A DNA stretch of 64,000 bases from IMG/VR virus record IMGVR_UViG_2706795432_000001, positions 11,029-75,028 of that record; one strand, given 5' to 3'. A model generated the notes under the pieces. That model saw nothing but the letters and a program-made list of their open reading frames with translations, had not been told where the DNA came from and ran no database searches. Below, in pieces: positions 56,313 to 63,714 of this stretch. Position 1 is the stretch's first letter. Every line of letters begins with the position of its first letter. The DNA is from a virus (Duplodnaviria; Caudoviricetes). Position numbers and translations under genes: made by a program.

Positions 56313-57512
56313 TCAAGAGAGGGTGTAGTTGGCGTTCAGGATGACTTCACGCGGAATACGTCCCACCTTACGAGCAGTGATCTGTTGATCAGCCACTTGG
56401 CTGGCAATGAACGGCAGCAGTTTGCTGTCATTGATGTCGGCCAGAATGGTGTTGTACTGACGACGCAGATCGTTGCCATAGTTCGGATGACACCGGAAAC
56501 AGTCATGGACTGTGATCAGTTCGAACCGATTGTACGGCATGGTGGACACGAGATTAGAGATCACCTGCATATCCACCAGTCCACAGGTATCCTCATAGAG
56601 ATAGTCGAGGATACGAGCACTGAGGAACCCAGATTCAAGGTAGAGTTCCCAGATCTGTTGAACCATGTCAGCAGACTTTCCGTTGGTTCCTCCTTTCACT
56701 TGATCAGCGATCAGACCGAGAACACGTTCCATGGTCTTGGGGTCGTACTGACAACGACGATACATCTCACGGACGATCATGCCATCAACACTGTGAATCA
56801 GGTTCGGTCCCAGTCCCTTATGGAACCGAGGACGTTCATTCACCTTCTGAATCACCTGATACTCTTCATCGAGAAAGGTGAAAGGAATCACCTCTTTGTC
56901 GTGTGTCTCGATGCAGCAGTAGAAGTTGTCAGGCATCACCCAGTCATAGGTTGTGCCATCAATCTCATCCCACAGTTCCTGAATCCCAAGGTTCAGATCC
57001 CATGCTCCCGGTGCCATCTTCTCCATGGTGTCATAGAACACATCCACATCTTCACCGAAGACGGCTTTGGGTGTGGCTGTTGAACCATAGAGTGCAGTCA
57101 TGATGGACTGCTTCACATCTTTCCGGTCGAGATTCAGACCAGAGTTCATGTGCAGGAAGATCTCTGCATAGGCGTCGAGGATGTTCTCATCACCACCACA
57201 GAGTTTCCATGAGATAGGACAGGAAACCAATAGTGAGAGCAGTTGTAGGCCAGACGATGCAGCGTCCAGACTGATGGTGTAACCAATGCTCTCACCCTTG
57301 AGTGCTTTGCCAAGGGCAAGATAAGCTGCACGCAACCCGATGGGATTGCTCGCTTCTTTGAACGTCTTCTTGTCGGAGAAGTCGATTTGGGAGAAATGGG
57401 CCAGACGTTCATCCCAGCCCAGTTTCTCATAGGCTTTGTCGTGCTTGGTGGCCACGTCAGCCATGAGATATTCGATGCCAGTCAGTTCACGGAACTCTTG
57501 GACTTTCAGCAT
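56313..57512 (-). CDS. RNA polymerase II subunit 2 (N4 gp16-like)
   Basis: T7-like motifs SLDAASSGLQ, RKDVKQSIMTALYG, PNLIHSVD, VHDCF. Confidence 0.93.
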   Translation of the reverse strand: MLKVQEFRELTGIEYLMADVATKHDKAYEKLGWDERLAHFSQIDFSDKKTFKEASNPIGLRAAYLALGKALKGESIGYTISLDAASSGLQLLSLLVSCPISWKLCGGDENILDAYAEIFLHMNSGLNLDRKDVKQSIMTALYGSTATPKAVFGEDVDVFYDTMEKMAPGAWDLNLGIQELWDEIDGTTYDWVMPDNFYCCIETHDKEVIPFTFLDEEYQVIQKVNERPRFHKGLGPNLIHSVDGMIVREMYRRCQYDPKTMERVLGLIADQVKGGTNGKSADMVQQIWELYLESGFLSARILDYLYEDTCGLVDMQVISNLVSTMPYNRFELITVHDCFRCHPNYGNDLRRQYNTILADINDSKLLPFIASQVADQQITARKVGRIPREVILNANYTLS

Positions 57513-57673
57513 TTGATCTTTCCTTTTGGATTGTTAGGCCACAGGCCATGTTTGTTTTCAGGATCCCACCGCGCAGCATGAGAGAGTTGTTCGAGGAATT
57601 CTTCTTCCTCAATCTCTCGTTGACGCTGCATAGTGGTATCTTTGAACGGATTCTCAGACTTGAAGGGGTTCAT
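57506..57673 (-). CDS. 55-aa hypothetical protein (not in track)
   Basis: MKPFKSENPFKDTTMQRQREIEEEEF..; ATGA overlap upstream and stop overlapping RNAP2 start. Confidence 0.55.
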   Translation of the reverse strand: MNPFKSENPFKDTTMQRQREIEEEEFLEQLSHAARWDPENKHGLWPNNPKGKIKC

Positions 57674-57867
57674 GACACACCTTTAGATGCTTGGATGTGT
57701 TCTTGAACGGTGAGTGGAGCGATGACTCCGCAACTCCACCAGACATTGAGCCAGTAGCCTTCATCGTCTTTCATGATTTCAGCTTTGCTGGCGAAAGCAG
57801 GCACTACGAGGTGCCTTGCTTGGTTTGCTTCTGACCACCATAGAAAGGTTTCACGGTTTCCAGCCAT
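57670..57867 (-). CDS. Hypothetical protein
   Basis: GGAG RBS; 65 aa. Confidence 0.55.
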   Translation of the reverse strand: MAGNRETFLWWSEANQARHLVVPAFASKAEIMKDDEGYWLNVWWSCGVIAPLTVQEHIQASKGVS

Positions 57868-58135
57868 GTTGTCTCCTCCGGATTTCAGCCTCGATCAGTC
57901 GAAGCTGTTCTTTCCAGATGAGAGATTTCATGAGGTAGTCAGACTTCCGAATCGTGGCTCTCAAGTTCTTGAGCTTTTTGGTTTTCGCATTCTTCAGTTT
58001 GCACAATTGACCATCTCGGTTGAGATAGCAGAAGGTGCTCACTGCTTCAGCGAATGTACGATATTCGGGAATGGACAGGCACAAGTAGTGCCTATCCTGA
58101 ACTGCTGTGGTTGGTGCAGGATGATTGTCAGTCAT
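57851..58135 (-). CDS. Hypothetical basic protein
   Basis: Likely start MTDNH with AGGA RBS. Confidence 0.55.
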   Translation of the reverse strand: MTDNHPAPTTAVQDRHYLCLSIPEYRTFAEAVSTFCYLNRDGQLCKLKNAKTKKLKNLRATIRKSDYLMKSLIWKEQLRLIEAEIRRRQHGWKP

Positions 58136-58136
58136 C

Positions 58137-58382
58137 CTACGGATCCAGCCATTGTTCGTTGACCTCATCGTACTGCGTGCAGACACGATCAATGGTGAGA
58201 TCTGTGGTTTGGTTCAGGATGAGTGCTGCACATTCTGCACGACACTCAGCACTGTTCACGAATTCTTCGGGATCCATCCCTTCAGGGATTTCGAATTCGA
58301 AGAACTGCATGGTGTCCACAACGACGAGTTTCACGCCTTGCTTCTCATCTTTGCAGCGGTCGATGTCTTCTCCAGTAATCAT
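58137..58382 (-). CDS. Acidic hypothetical protein
   Basis: AGGAG RBS; 81 aa. Confidence 0.6.
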   Translation of the reverse strand: MITGEDIDRCKDEKQGVKLVVVDTMQFFEFEIPEGMDPEEFVNSAECRAECAALILNQTTDLTIDRVCTQYDEVNEQWLDP

Positions 58383-58497
58383 GCTGGAATTTCTCCTCTG
58401 AATTGAGCACCCAAGATGAGCACTTGTTGAGCGAATTGATTCGCTTTCATCGGGTCAGGCTCCCCTGCAAAGTACAGGAGAGTCTTGTTCATGAAGA

Positions 58498-58782
58498 TCA
58501 TTTGGTGAGTCCTTTCAGGATTGGCCCAATGAGTCTTTCACACTGGGTCTGAGTGTCAAAGACGAAGCGGAAGTTTCGGGATTCATCCATGGATGTCTGT
58601 TTCCGAACTTTCACTTCGATCTTTCCATCTTCCTGCACAGAGACAATTGCCTCATCTCCACACAGGAATTTGCTGAATCCAAGGGCATCGTAGTTCTTCT
58701 GCCATTCTTTCAGCTTCTCACGTTTGGTCTTCGGAGTCTCATCAGGTCCACAGCCTGTGAGATGTGCAGTTTCTGCTGCCAT
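58498..58782 (-). CDS. Hypothetical protein
   Basis: AAGGAGG RBS; 94 aa. Confidence 0.65.
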   Translation of the reverse strand: MAAETAHLTGCGPDETPKTKREKLKEWQKNYDALGFSKFLCGDEAIVSVQEDGKIEVKVRKQTSMDESRNFRFVFDTQTQCERLIGPILKGLTK

Positions 58783-58961
58783 CAGTCATCCTCCTTCAAG
58801 ATGGATTCACCAATGAAGAAGATGAGCAGAAGCCATAGCATCTCGTAAGTTGCCATGGAGTAGTCACCTGTTTCTTCAGCAATGGCTTCAGCACCATAGA
58901 CGATGATGAATTGCCAGATGACAGCACCGAGGACCAAGATGGTCTTGATGAAGTTCCACAT
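58782..58961 (-). CDS. 59-aa two-TM membrane protein (not in track)
   Basis: MWNFIKTILVLGAVIWQFIIVYG..MLWLLLIFFIGESILKEDD. Confidence 0.6.
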   Translation of the reverse strand: MWNFIKTILVLGAVIWQFIIVYGAEAIAEETGDYSMATYEMLWLLLIFFIGESILKEDD

Positions 58962-58964
58962 GGT

Positions 58965-59069
58965 TCAGTACCTCACATGAGAGCAACGGATGTAGTTCCG
59001 CTTCATGAATGTTTCTCCGAGAATCTTTTCCCAGAGGTCGTACCAGAAGGCATCAAGAGGCCATTTCAT
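58965..59069 (-). CDS. 34-aa peptide (not in track)
   Basis: AAGGAG RBS; MKWPLDAFWYDLWEKILGETFMKRNYIRCSHVRY. Confidence 0.5.
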   Translation of the reverse strand: MKWPLDAFWYDLWEKILGETFMKRNYIRCSHVRY

Positions 59070-59080
59070 GGTTTGTCTCC

Positions 59081-59401
59081 TTAGTTGAACAGACCGGAAG
59101 CCATCGACTTCACGTTCTGTGATTTCATTTGGTTCACCTCTTCAGTGAGTCTTTCCACCTGACGTTTGAGGGCTTGGAAGTCAGGTGTGTCTTCGATCAA
59201 CTCACGGATGGTCTCAGGAGGTTTACGGTCCCCATTCACGAATGGGAGCCACTCCTGTTCGAAGAAGTCTTTGGCTTCTTTCAGACCCTCACCACTCAAA
59301 GAACGAATATGCTTGATGCAGTTGATCTTTTTGGAGTTCACATACTCAGGGTTCATGAGTTCACGAAGAGCTTTCAGTGGGAAGTATAGATGATCACCCA
59401 T
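59081..59401 (-). CDS. Ribosomal protein bL12 (L7/L12) C-terminal-domain-like protein
   Basis: KKINCIKHIRSLSGEGLKEAKDFFE resembles the bL12 CTD motif K.I.VIK.VR...GLGLKEAKD.VE. Confidence 0.7.
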   Translation of the reverse strand: MGDHLYFPLKALRELMNPEYVNSKKINCIKHIRSLSGEGLKEAKDFFEQEWLPFVNGDRKPPETIRELIEDTPDFQALKRQVERLTEEVNQMKSQNVKSMASGLFN

Positions 59402-60185
59402 TGACCTTTTCCTTCTTGGCCAGTTCCAGCACAGCTTTGTTGTAGTCTGTGCCTTGAGAGTTGATGTGATAGCCTACAGCATAGCTGCGACCACGACGGT
59501 CATATTTGTGGGTGAGCCAGAACTCATTGCCCAGTGTGTGCATCCCACGCATGACATCGAGAGATGTCTCATAGAACACTTGAGCCTGTTTCTGACGTTT
59601 CTGGAATTCTTCGAATCCTTCACCCACTTTTCTCTTCGGGATGATCATATGACCTTCAGCCGAAGCGATCACATCCATGTTCAGTGTCAGTGCCACTGAG
59701 TTCATGCGGTTGATGTGATCGAGACAGACATCTTCTTCATCGAAGACATCAGATCCATTCAGGACGATACGACCTTTCCGGTCGAAGTACCCAGATCCCA
59801 TATGATTGTCTTTGACCTTGTTGGGTCTCACCACCATGGGCAATGGGAACTGGTAACGTGCAAGCATGTCTTCCACGTCCTGAGTGATCTCGTACTTCAT
59901 GATGAAGCGTTTGCTCTCCATGTCGAAGTCGAGGAGATCTTCTTCCACTGCTTCTTTCAGCATCTCTGCCACATCCTGTGGTTCTCCCCACTTGGGGCTG
60001 AACAGTCCCACCATGGTAGGAATGTCAGCCTGTTTGTGCAGGTAGATCTGACAGAGTACATCCACTTTGAATGGATCCTCAGACAGAGGTGAGAACTGAT
60101 CACGCAGGACATCCATCAGTTGGTTCCGGTTGAACAGTTCTTCGAGGTTCTTCTGTGCCTCAATCATGTTGGTATGCTCGGTCAT
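59394..60185 (-). CDS. RNA polymerase II subunit 1 (N4 gp15-like)
   Basis: CLDHINRMNSVALTLN; THKYDRRGRSYAVGYHINSQGTDYNKA. Confidence 0.92.
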   Translation of the reverse strand: MTEHTNMIEAQKNLEELFNRNQLMDVLRDQFSPLSEDPFKVDVLCQIYLHKQADIPTMVGLFSPKWGEPQDVAEMLKEAVEEDLLDFDMESKRFIMKYEITQDVEDMLARYQFPLPMVVRPNKVKDNHMGSGYFDRKGRIVLNGSDVFDEEDVCLDHINRMNSVALTLNMDVIASAEGHMIIPKRKVGEGFEEFQKRQKQAQVFYETSLDVMRGMHTLGNEFWLTHKYDRRGRSYAVGYHINSQGTDYNKAVLELAKKEKVNG

Positions 60186-60640
60186 TTGATATCACTCCTG
60201 ATGTTCATGAGCAGTTTCCCGAGGATGTTGTCACCCACGAGTTTTCCTTTGCTGTCCTTGATCTGACCCCAATAGGTGTCACCCCAAGTGTTGAATTCGA
60301 TGATGTCACGGCTGCCAGTGTCCTTGAGCTTTTGTGCAAGATCTGGATGAGTCATGAACTTCGCACGCAGCACCAGTTCCATGATCTCCAGCTTCACGAA
60401 GTCCCAGTCATGACGCAGGATCACATTGCGACCCTGTTTCTTTGCTTGTGCTCCAGTGAGGTGTTTGAACTGTTCACGGTGCTGGATGTTGATGGTCTTG
60501 GCTGCCTGATAGGCTGCTTCAGTGTTGTCATACTCGAAGCCCGTGACAGTGATTGGTGCATGGTAAAAGTTACTCAGCCACCGATACTCGTCACGAAAAC
60601 CCATGATAGGTTTCTGTGCAGTTTCTAGGACGTTTGTCAT
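60182..60640 (-). CDS. NADAR (YbiA-like) ADP-ribosylhydrolase family protein
   Basis: WLSNFY, TEAAYQAAK, AKFMTHPDL..L..TG, DTYWG, GDNILGKLLMNIR. Confidence 0.9.
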   Translation of the reverse strand: MTNVLETAQKPIMGFRDEYRWLSNFYHAPITVTGFEYDNTEAAYQAAKTINIQHREQFKHLTGAQAKKQGRNVILRHDWDFVKLEIMELVLRAKFMTHPDLAQKLKDTGSRDIIEFNTWGDTYWGQIKDSKGKLVGDNILGKLLMNIRSDIK

Positions 60641-60727
60641 AGGTTTACGCTCCAGTTATGTTTCTGTTTGGTTTAGTCATTTCGACCATAAAAGTTGAAC
60701 TTCACTTTTCAGTCATGGCCGACAGGC

Positions 60728-60745
60728 CAAAAGGACCAACGGGAC
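60728..60745 (-). promoter_or_regulatory. Candidate vRNAP hairpin promoter P4
   Basis: Template (+): C-AAAA-GGACC-AAC-GGGAC; predicted +1 G at 60728. Confidence 0.7.
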
Positions 60746-60879
60746 GCAGAGTCAGTCATTCAGGGCTGTCTGATGTGTGTCGTATAGGTCACAGATTCAG
60801 GTCTATCTGTGCCATATTTGTCACCAACTTCCTGAACTTTTTAGGTTTCAGTCAAGTTGATGAGTTGAACTTAGTGGTG

Positions 60880-60930
60880 AAAAAGAAATTCCCCTCCCAG
60901 CAGGCTCTGTGAAGAGTGCTGAGAGAGGAA
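60880..60930 (-). terminator. Strong terminator upstream of P4
   Basis: Minus strand TTCCTCTCTCAGCA-CTCT-TCAC-AGAG-CC-TGCTGGGAGGGGAA-TTTCTTTTT. Confidence 0.75.
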
Positions 60931-61024
60931 CATATGACTGCTGTTGGGTGTCAGGACCAGTCACATCGTCCTTAGCACCTTTTCGGCGTGCGCTCCGCTT
61001 CAAGTTTGCAACCTTGAAGTAGTA

Positions 61025-61052
61025 TCCCGACCCACTGAAGAGTGGGCCGGGA
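61025..61052 (-). other. Hairpin just after gp2 stop
   Basis: TCCCG-A-CCCACT-GAAG-AGTGGG-C-CGGGA. Confidence 0.6.
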
Positions 61053-61057
61053 ATGGG

Positions 61058-61477
61058 TTAAGCGAAGAGCTTCGCTTTGAGATCACTCTCATCCGCAGTC
61101 GGAATCGGAGCGGCTGCAACCTGCTCCTGACGACGGTAGAGTTGCACCGAGAGGTTGACGGGTTTGGACTCGCCTTCCTCCAGTTCGAGGCCAGCTTCAC
61201 GGATCATGTTCATGATCTGGTTGACCAGCGTCGCCTCTTCGGCCCATTCGGGATTCCGTTCAGCCGAGTTGGCGTACAGACGGTGATCCTGAAGATCGCT
61301 CACCGCAATGCCACGAGGCAGACGGTTGAACTTCTCGACGACGTTGCCTTCGCCGTCTTCTTCTTCGGTGATCACACCGACGTTGATCCAGATGCCAGCG
61401 AATTCGTCCTCATCGGCTTTGGCCACCGAGGTACGAGTGTTTGCAGGCTTGCGGTTGGTTGCGAGTTTGAATGCCAT
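61058..61477 (-). CDS. N4 gp2-like ssDNA-binding activator of middle transcription
   Basis: WINVG, RLPRGI, LSVQLYRR pattern as recalled for N4 gp2; AAGGAG RBS; early position. Confidence 0.75.
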   Translation of the reverse strand: MAFKLATNRKPANTRTSVAKADEDEFAGIWINVGVITEEEDGEGNVVEKFNRLPRGIAVSDLQDHRLYANSAERNPEWAEEATLVNQIMNMIREAGLELEEGESKPVNLSVQLYRRQEQVAAAPIPTADESDLKAKLFA

Positions 61478-61531
61478 GAGAGTTTCTCCTTCATTTCATA
61501 GCTATTGACGACGATGACACCATGTCACCGC

Positions 61532-61552
61532 CAAAACGACCAACGGGAGTTT
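61532..61552 (-). promoter_or_regulatory. Candidate vRNAP hairpin promoter P3
   Basis: Template (+): C-AAAA-CGACC-AAC-GGGAG-TTT; predicted +1 G at 61532. Confidence 0.75.
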
Positions 61553-61645
61553 CTCAACATTTGAGTCATCCTGATGATCCGAGAAAAGAGAGTAGTAGAT
61601 GCGTCAGCATCCAGTTCCTCTTGGCTCACCAATGGTGGGAACCGT

Positions 61646-61885
61646 TCAGACTTCATTGTACGGTCTCCATTCAGTGGTACTGAAGTGTTTAATGAACTCC
61701 ACCAACACTGAACGCTTGATAGCAAGCTCATGCAGACGCTCAGTGTTGTCGATGATATCCTGTGGCTCCATCTTCTTCTCTGTAGAGAGGTAGTACAGGA
61801 TATCAGTCATCTCTTCGTCGATGGATTTCAGTGCTGTCACTGAATCAAAGTTTCTCGGTGCAGTTTTCTTAGGGAAACGGATCAT
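61646..61885 (-). CDS. Early hypothetical protein
   Basis: AGGAG RBS before MIRFPKK. Confidence 0.6.
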   Translation of the reverse strand: MIRFPKKTAPRNFDSVTALKSIDEEMTDILYYLSTEKKMEPQDIIDNTERLHELAIKRSVLVEFIKHFSTTEWRPYNEV

Positions 61886-61901
61886 TGTAAGTATCTCCTG
61901 T

Positions 61902-62150
61902 TTAGGTTTGATCAGATTTAAGAAGTTCCAGTTCATCGAGGTGGTTTACAACCTCATTTCGCACCAATGATTCATGAGGTGTTTTCGATGCAAAAGGTCT
62001 GGTGAGTTTGATTTCGTCACCAACTCCTGTGGTGATGTTTGTCCAGACGATCATCTGGAAGTGGCAAAGAAAGGATGCACGGAAACGATGTTCTCCGATT
62101 TCGAAAGTGTAGTCTGTGCATCCTTGTTCGATGTTATGGACGTTGCTCAT
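61902..62150 (-). CDS. Early hypothetical protein
   Basis: GGAG RBS; 82 aa. Confidence 0.6.
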   Translation of the reverse strand: MSNVHNIEQGCTDYTFEIGEHRFRASFLCHFQMIVWTNITTGVGDEIKLTRPFASKTPHESLVRNEVVNHLDELELLKSDQT

Positions 62151-62274
62151 GGAGTTTCTCCACTTGGTTCAGTTGCATGGTGAGTTGATGGTCAATTGCA
62201 GTCTCGACCATAGGGAAAAAGAGACTGATCAGCAGAATGCTGACCAGCCCCAAGAAGAGGTATTGGTGGATCAT
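62134..62274 (-). CDS. 46-aa early protein with N-terminal TM helix (not in track)
   Basis: GGAGGAG RBS; MIHQYLFLGLVSILLISLFFPMVETAIDHQ.. Confidence 0.55.
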   Translation of the reverse strand: MIHQYLFLGLVSILLISLFFPMVETAIDHQLTMQLNQVEKLHEQRP

Positions 62275-62516
62275 TGATGATCTCCTCCAGTGTAGAAGCA
62301 GTCACAGTCCACTGCATATTTCAGGGACATGACCTCTTCGATCATCCCAAGCTGTTCACACATATCTTCCATTTCGGAGATGAGTTCATCTTGGTATCCC
62401 TGTTCTGCATCATCAGGGTCGATCATGTTGTCACAAGCAGTGATGTCACTCATGAGTTGAGAGTGAATCTGTGCCAGAGTGCGGTTGTCGGTCAGTTTCG
62501 AAACTTGAATGGACAT
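62271..62516 (-). CDS. Early acidic hypothetical protein
   Basis: AAGGAG RBS before MSIQVSK, 35 nt downstream of P2. Confidence 0.65.
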   Translation of the reverse strand: MSIQVSKLTDNRTLAQIHSQLMSDITACDNMIDPDDAEQGYQDELISEMEDMCEQLGMIEEVMSLKYAVDCDCFYTGGDHQ

Positions 62517-62550
62517 GAGGTATTTCTCCTTGGTTTGAGTTGAATTGGTT

Positions 62551-62569
62551 CGATACGACCAACGGGAGT
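62551..62569 (-). promoter_or_regulatory. Candidate vRNAP hairpin promoter P2
   Basis: Template (+): C-GATA-CGACC-AAC-GGGAG-T; predicted +1 G at 62551. Confidence 0.75.
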
Positions 62570-62712
62570 TTGCCAAAAGTTCGCTGCGCTCACACCACGC
62601 TTCGCTTAGGTGGTCAGTCTTTAGGGAAACTTCAGTCATCTACGTGTGTAGATTCGGTCTATCTGGGGAACGGTTACGCCTCCCCACTCGGTTGAGTGGA
62701 GAGACGCAGTTG

Positions 62713-62970
62713 TTACTTGTCGAACTCAGCTTCGAGTTCAGCGTAGAGGGCAGCATATGCCTCGTCGGTATTCAGTTTCTCACGGATGGGTGCGAGGGTT
62801 TCAGTAAGTGAGTCGATGACAAGCTGACGATCACTGATCTTCTGTGCCTTGGCCCTGTTGTCCACATATGTGGTGGCCATAGAGACGCTTTGTCCTACGG
62901 ACTCTACCACCTCAGTACCGATGTCGAAGGTGGTGGAAACGAAACGCTGTGCGGATTTGAACATGCCCAT
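62713..62970 (-). CDS. First early gene (N4 gp1-like position)
   Basis: AGGAG RBS before MGMFKSAQRF, 31 nt downstream of P1. Confidence 0.65.
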   Translation of the reverse strand: MGMFKSAQRFVSTTFDIGTEVVESVGQSVSMATTYVDNRAKAQKISDRQLVIDSLTETLAPIREKLNTDEAYAALYAELEAEFDK

Positions 62971-63000
62971 GATATATCTCCTATGCTGGGTTGATGGATC

Positions 63001-63019
63001 CAGTACGAGCAACGCGAGT
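63001..63019 (-). promoter_or_regulatory. Candidate vRNAP hairpin promoter P1
   Basis: Template (+): C-AGTA-CGAGC-AAC-GCGAG-T; predicted +1 G at 63001. Confidence 0.75.
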
Positions 63020-63361
63020 GGATGAGCTAGGAGTGTACGTATGAGGGGATGCGTGTACCTATGAAATATGGGGGGGTATCAATGTGTGTAGATTGAAGAC
63101 CGGGGGGGTGGGTTGACATAGGAGTGTAGTCACCACCAAACCCCTCCACCCTCGACAATATGTGCAAAATCATCAATGAAAATTTTTGCATACGGTGTAG
63201 CGTATAAAGGGCAAATATACGCTCCAGAGTATGAATTGGTGACATGGTTTTTTCTGAACTTCAGGAAAACTCATGCCTTAAACCTGCGAACAATCTCCGG
63301 AGCGAGGGTAGCTCTAAACCCATACAGAGATTGTGTTCGTGTCTATCAAAAGAACCTATTG

Positions 63362-63481
63362 CTAGGCATCCTTCAGGAGATTCTCAGCCATCTCATATGC
63401 TGCCAATTCTCTTCTGGTTTTGGTTTCCCAGTCTTTGATCTGTTGAAGAAGATCTCTGAGAGTAGGTTTTAGTTCAGGCAT
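63362..63481 (-). CDS. 39-aa helical peptide (not in track)
   Basis: MPELKPTLRDLLQQIKDWETKTRRELAAYEMAENLLKDA, 2 nt after upstream stop. Confidence 0.4.
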   Translation of the reverse strand: MPELKPTLRDLLQQIKDWETKTRRELAAYEMAENLLKDA

Positions 63482-63483
63482 GA

Positions 63484-63714
63484 TTATGGTCCCATTGGAA
63501 AATGCTGTGACCAGACATCTATCAGATCATTCTGTTCATCATGGTTCAGAGAATCCCAATCTCGGTCTTCATCAATACCAATGATTCGATCAGGAACAGA
63601 AGGATCGGTAAGAGTTACTTCTTGGAGATGTTTGAATCTTCTGAAGGCCCAGTCTGTCACTTGGATAGCAACAGGAGTTGCTTTGTCTTGGATGGTTAGC
63701 ATTAAGGTTTGCAT
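63484..63714 (-). CDS. Hypothetical protein
   Basis: GAGGAG RBS; 76 aa. Confidence 0.6.
   Translation of the reverse strand: MQTLMLTIQDKATPVAIQVTDWAFRRFKHLQEVTLTDPSVPDRIIGIDEDRDWDSLNHDEQNDLIDVWSQHFPMGP

Noticed and set aside
22505-60806. TAGACCTGA 9-mer at 22505 (-), 56078 (+) and 60798 (-) as a genome-wide motif
   Set aside because: A 9-mer is expected about 0.5 times by chance in 128 kb of both strands, and one copy is coding and on the opposite strand
63113-63145. Perfect TTGACA -35 box on the plus strand
   Set aside because: No -10 hexamer at 16-18 bp
63176-63472. Plus-strand 98-aa ORF in the track
   Set aside because: No SD, atypical composition, and it overlaps a more plausible minus-strand peptide
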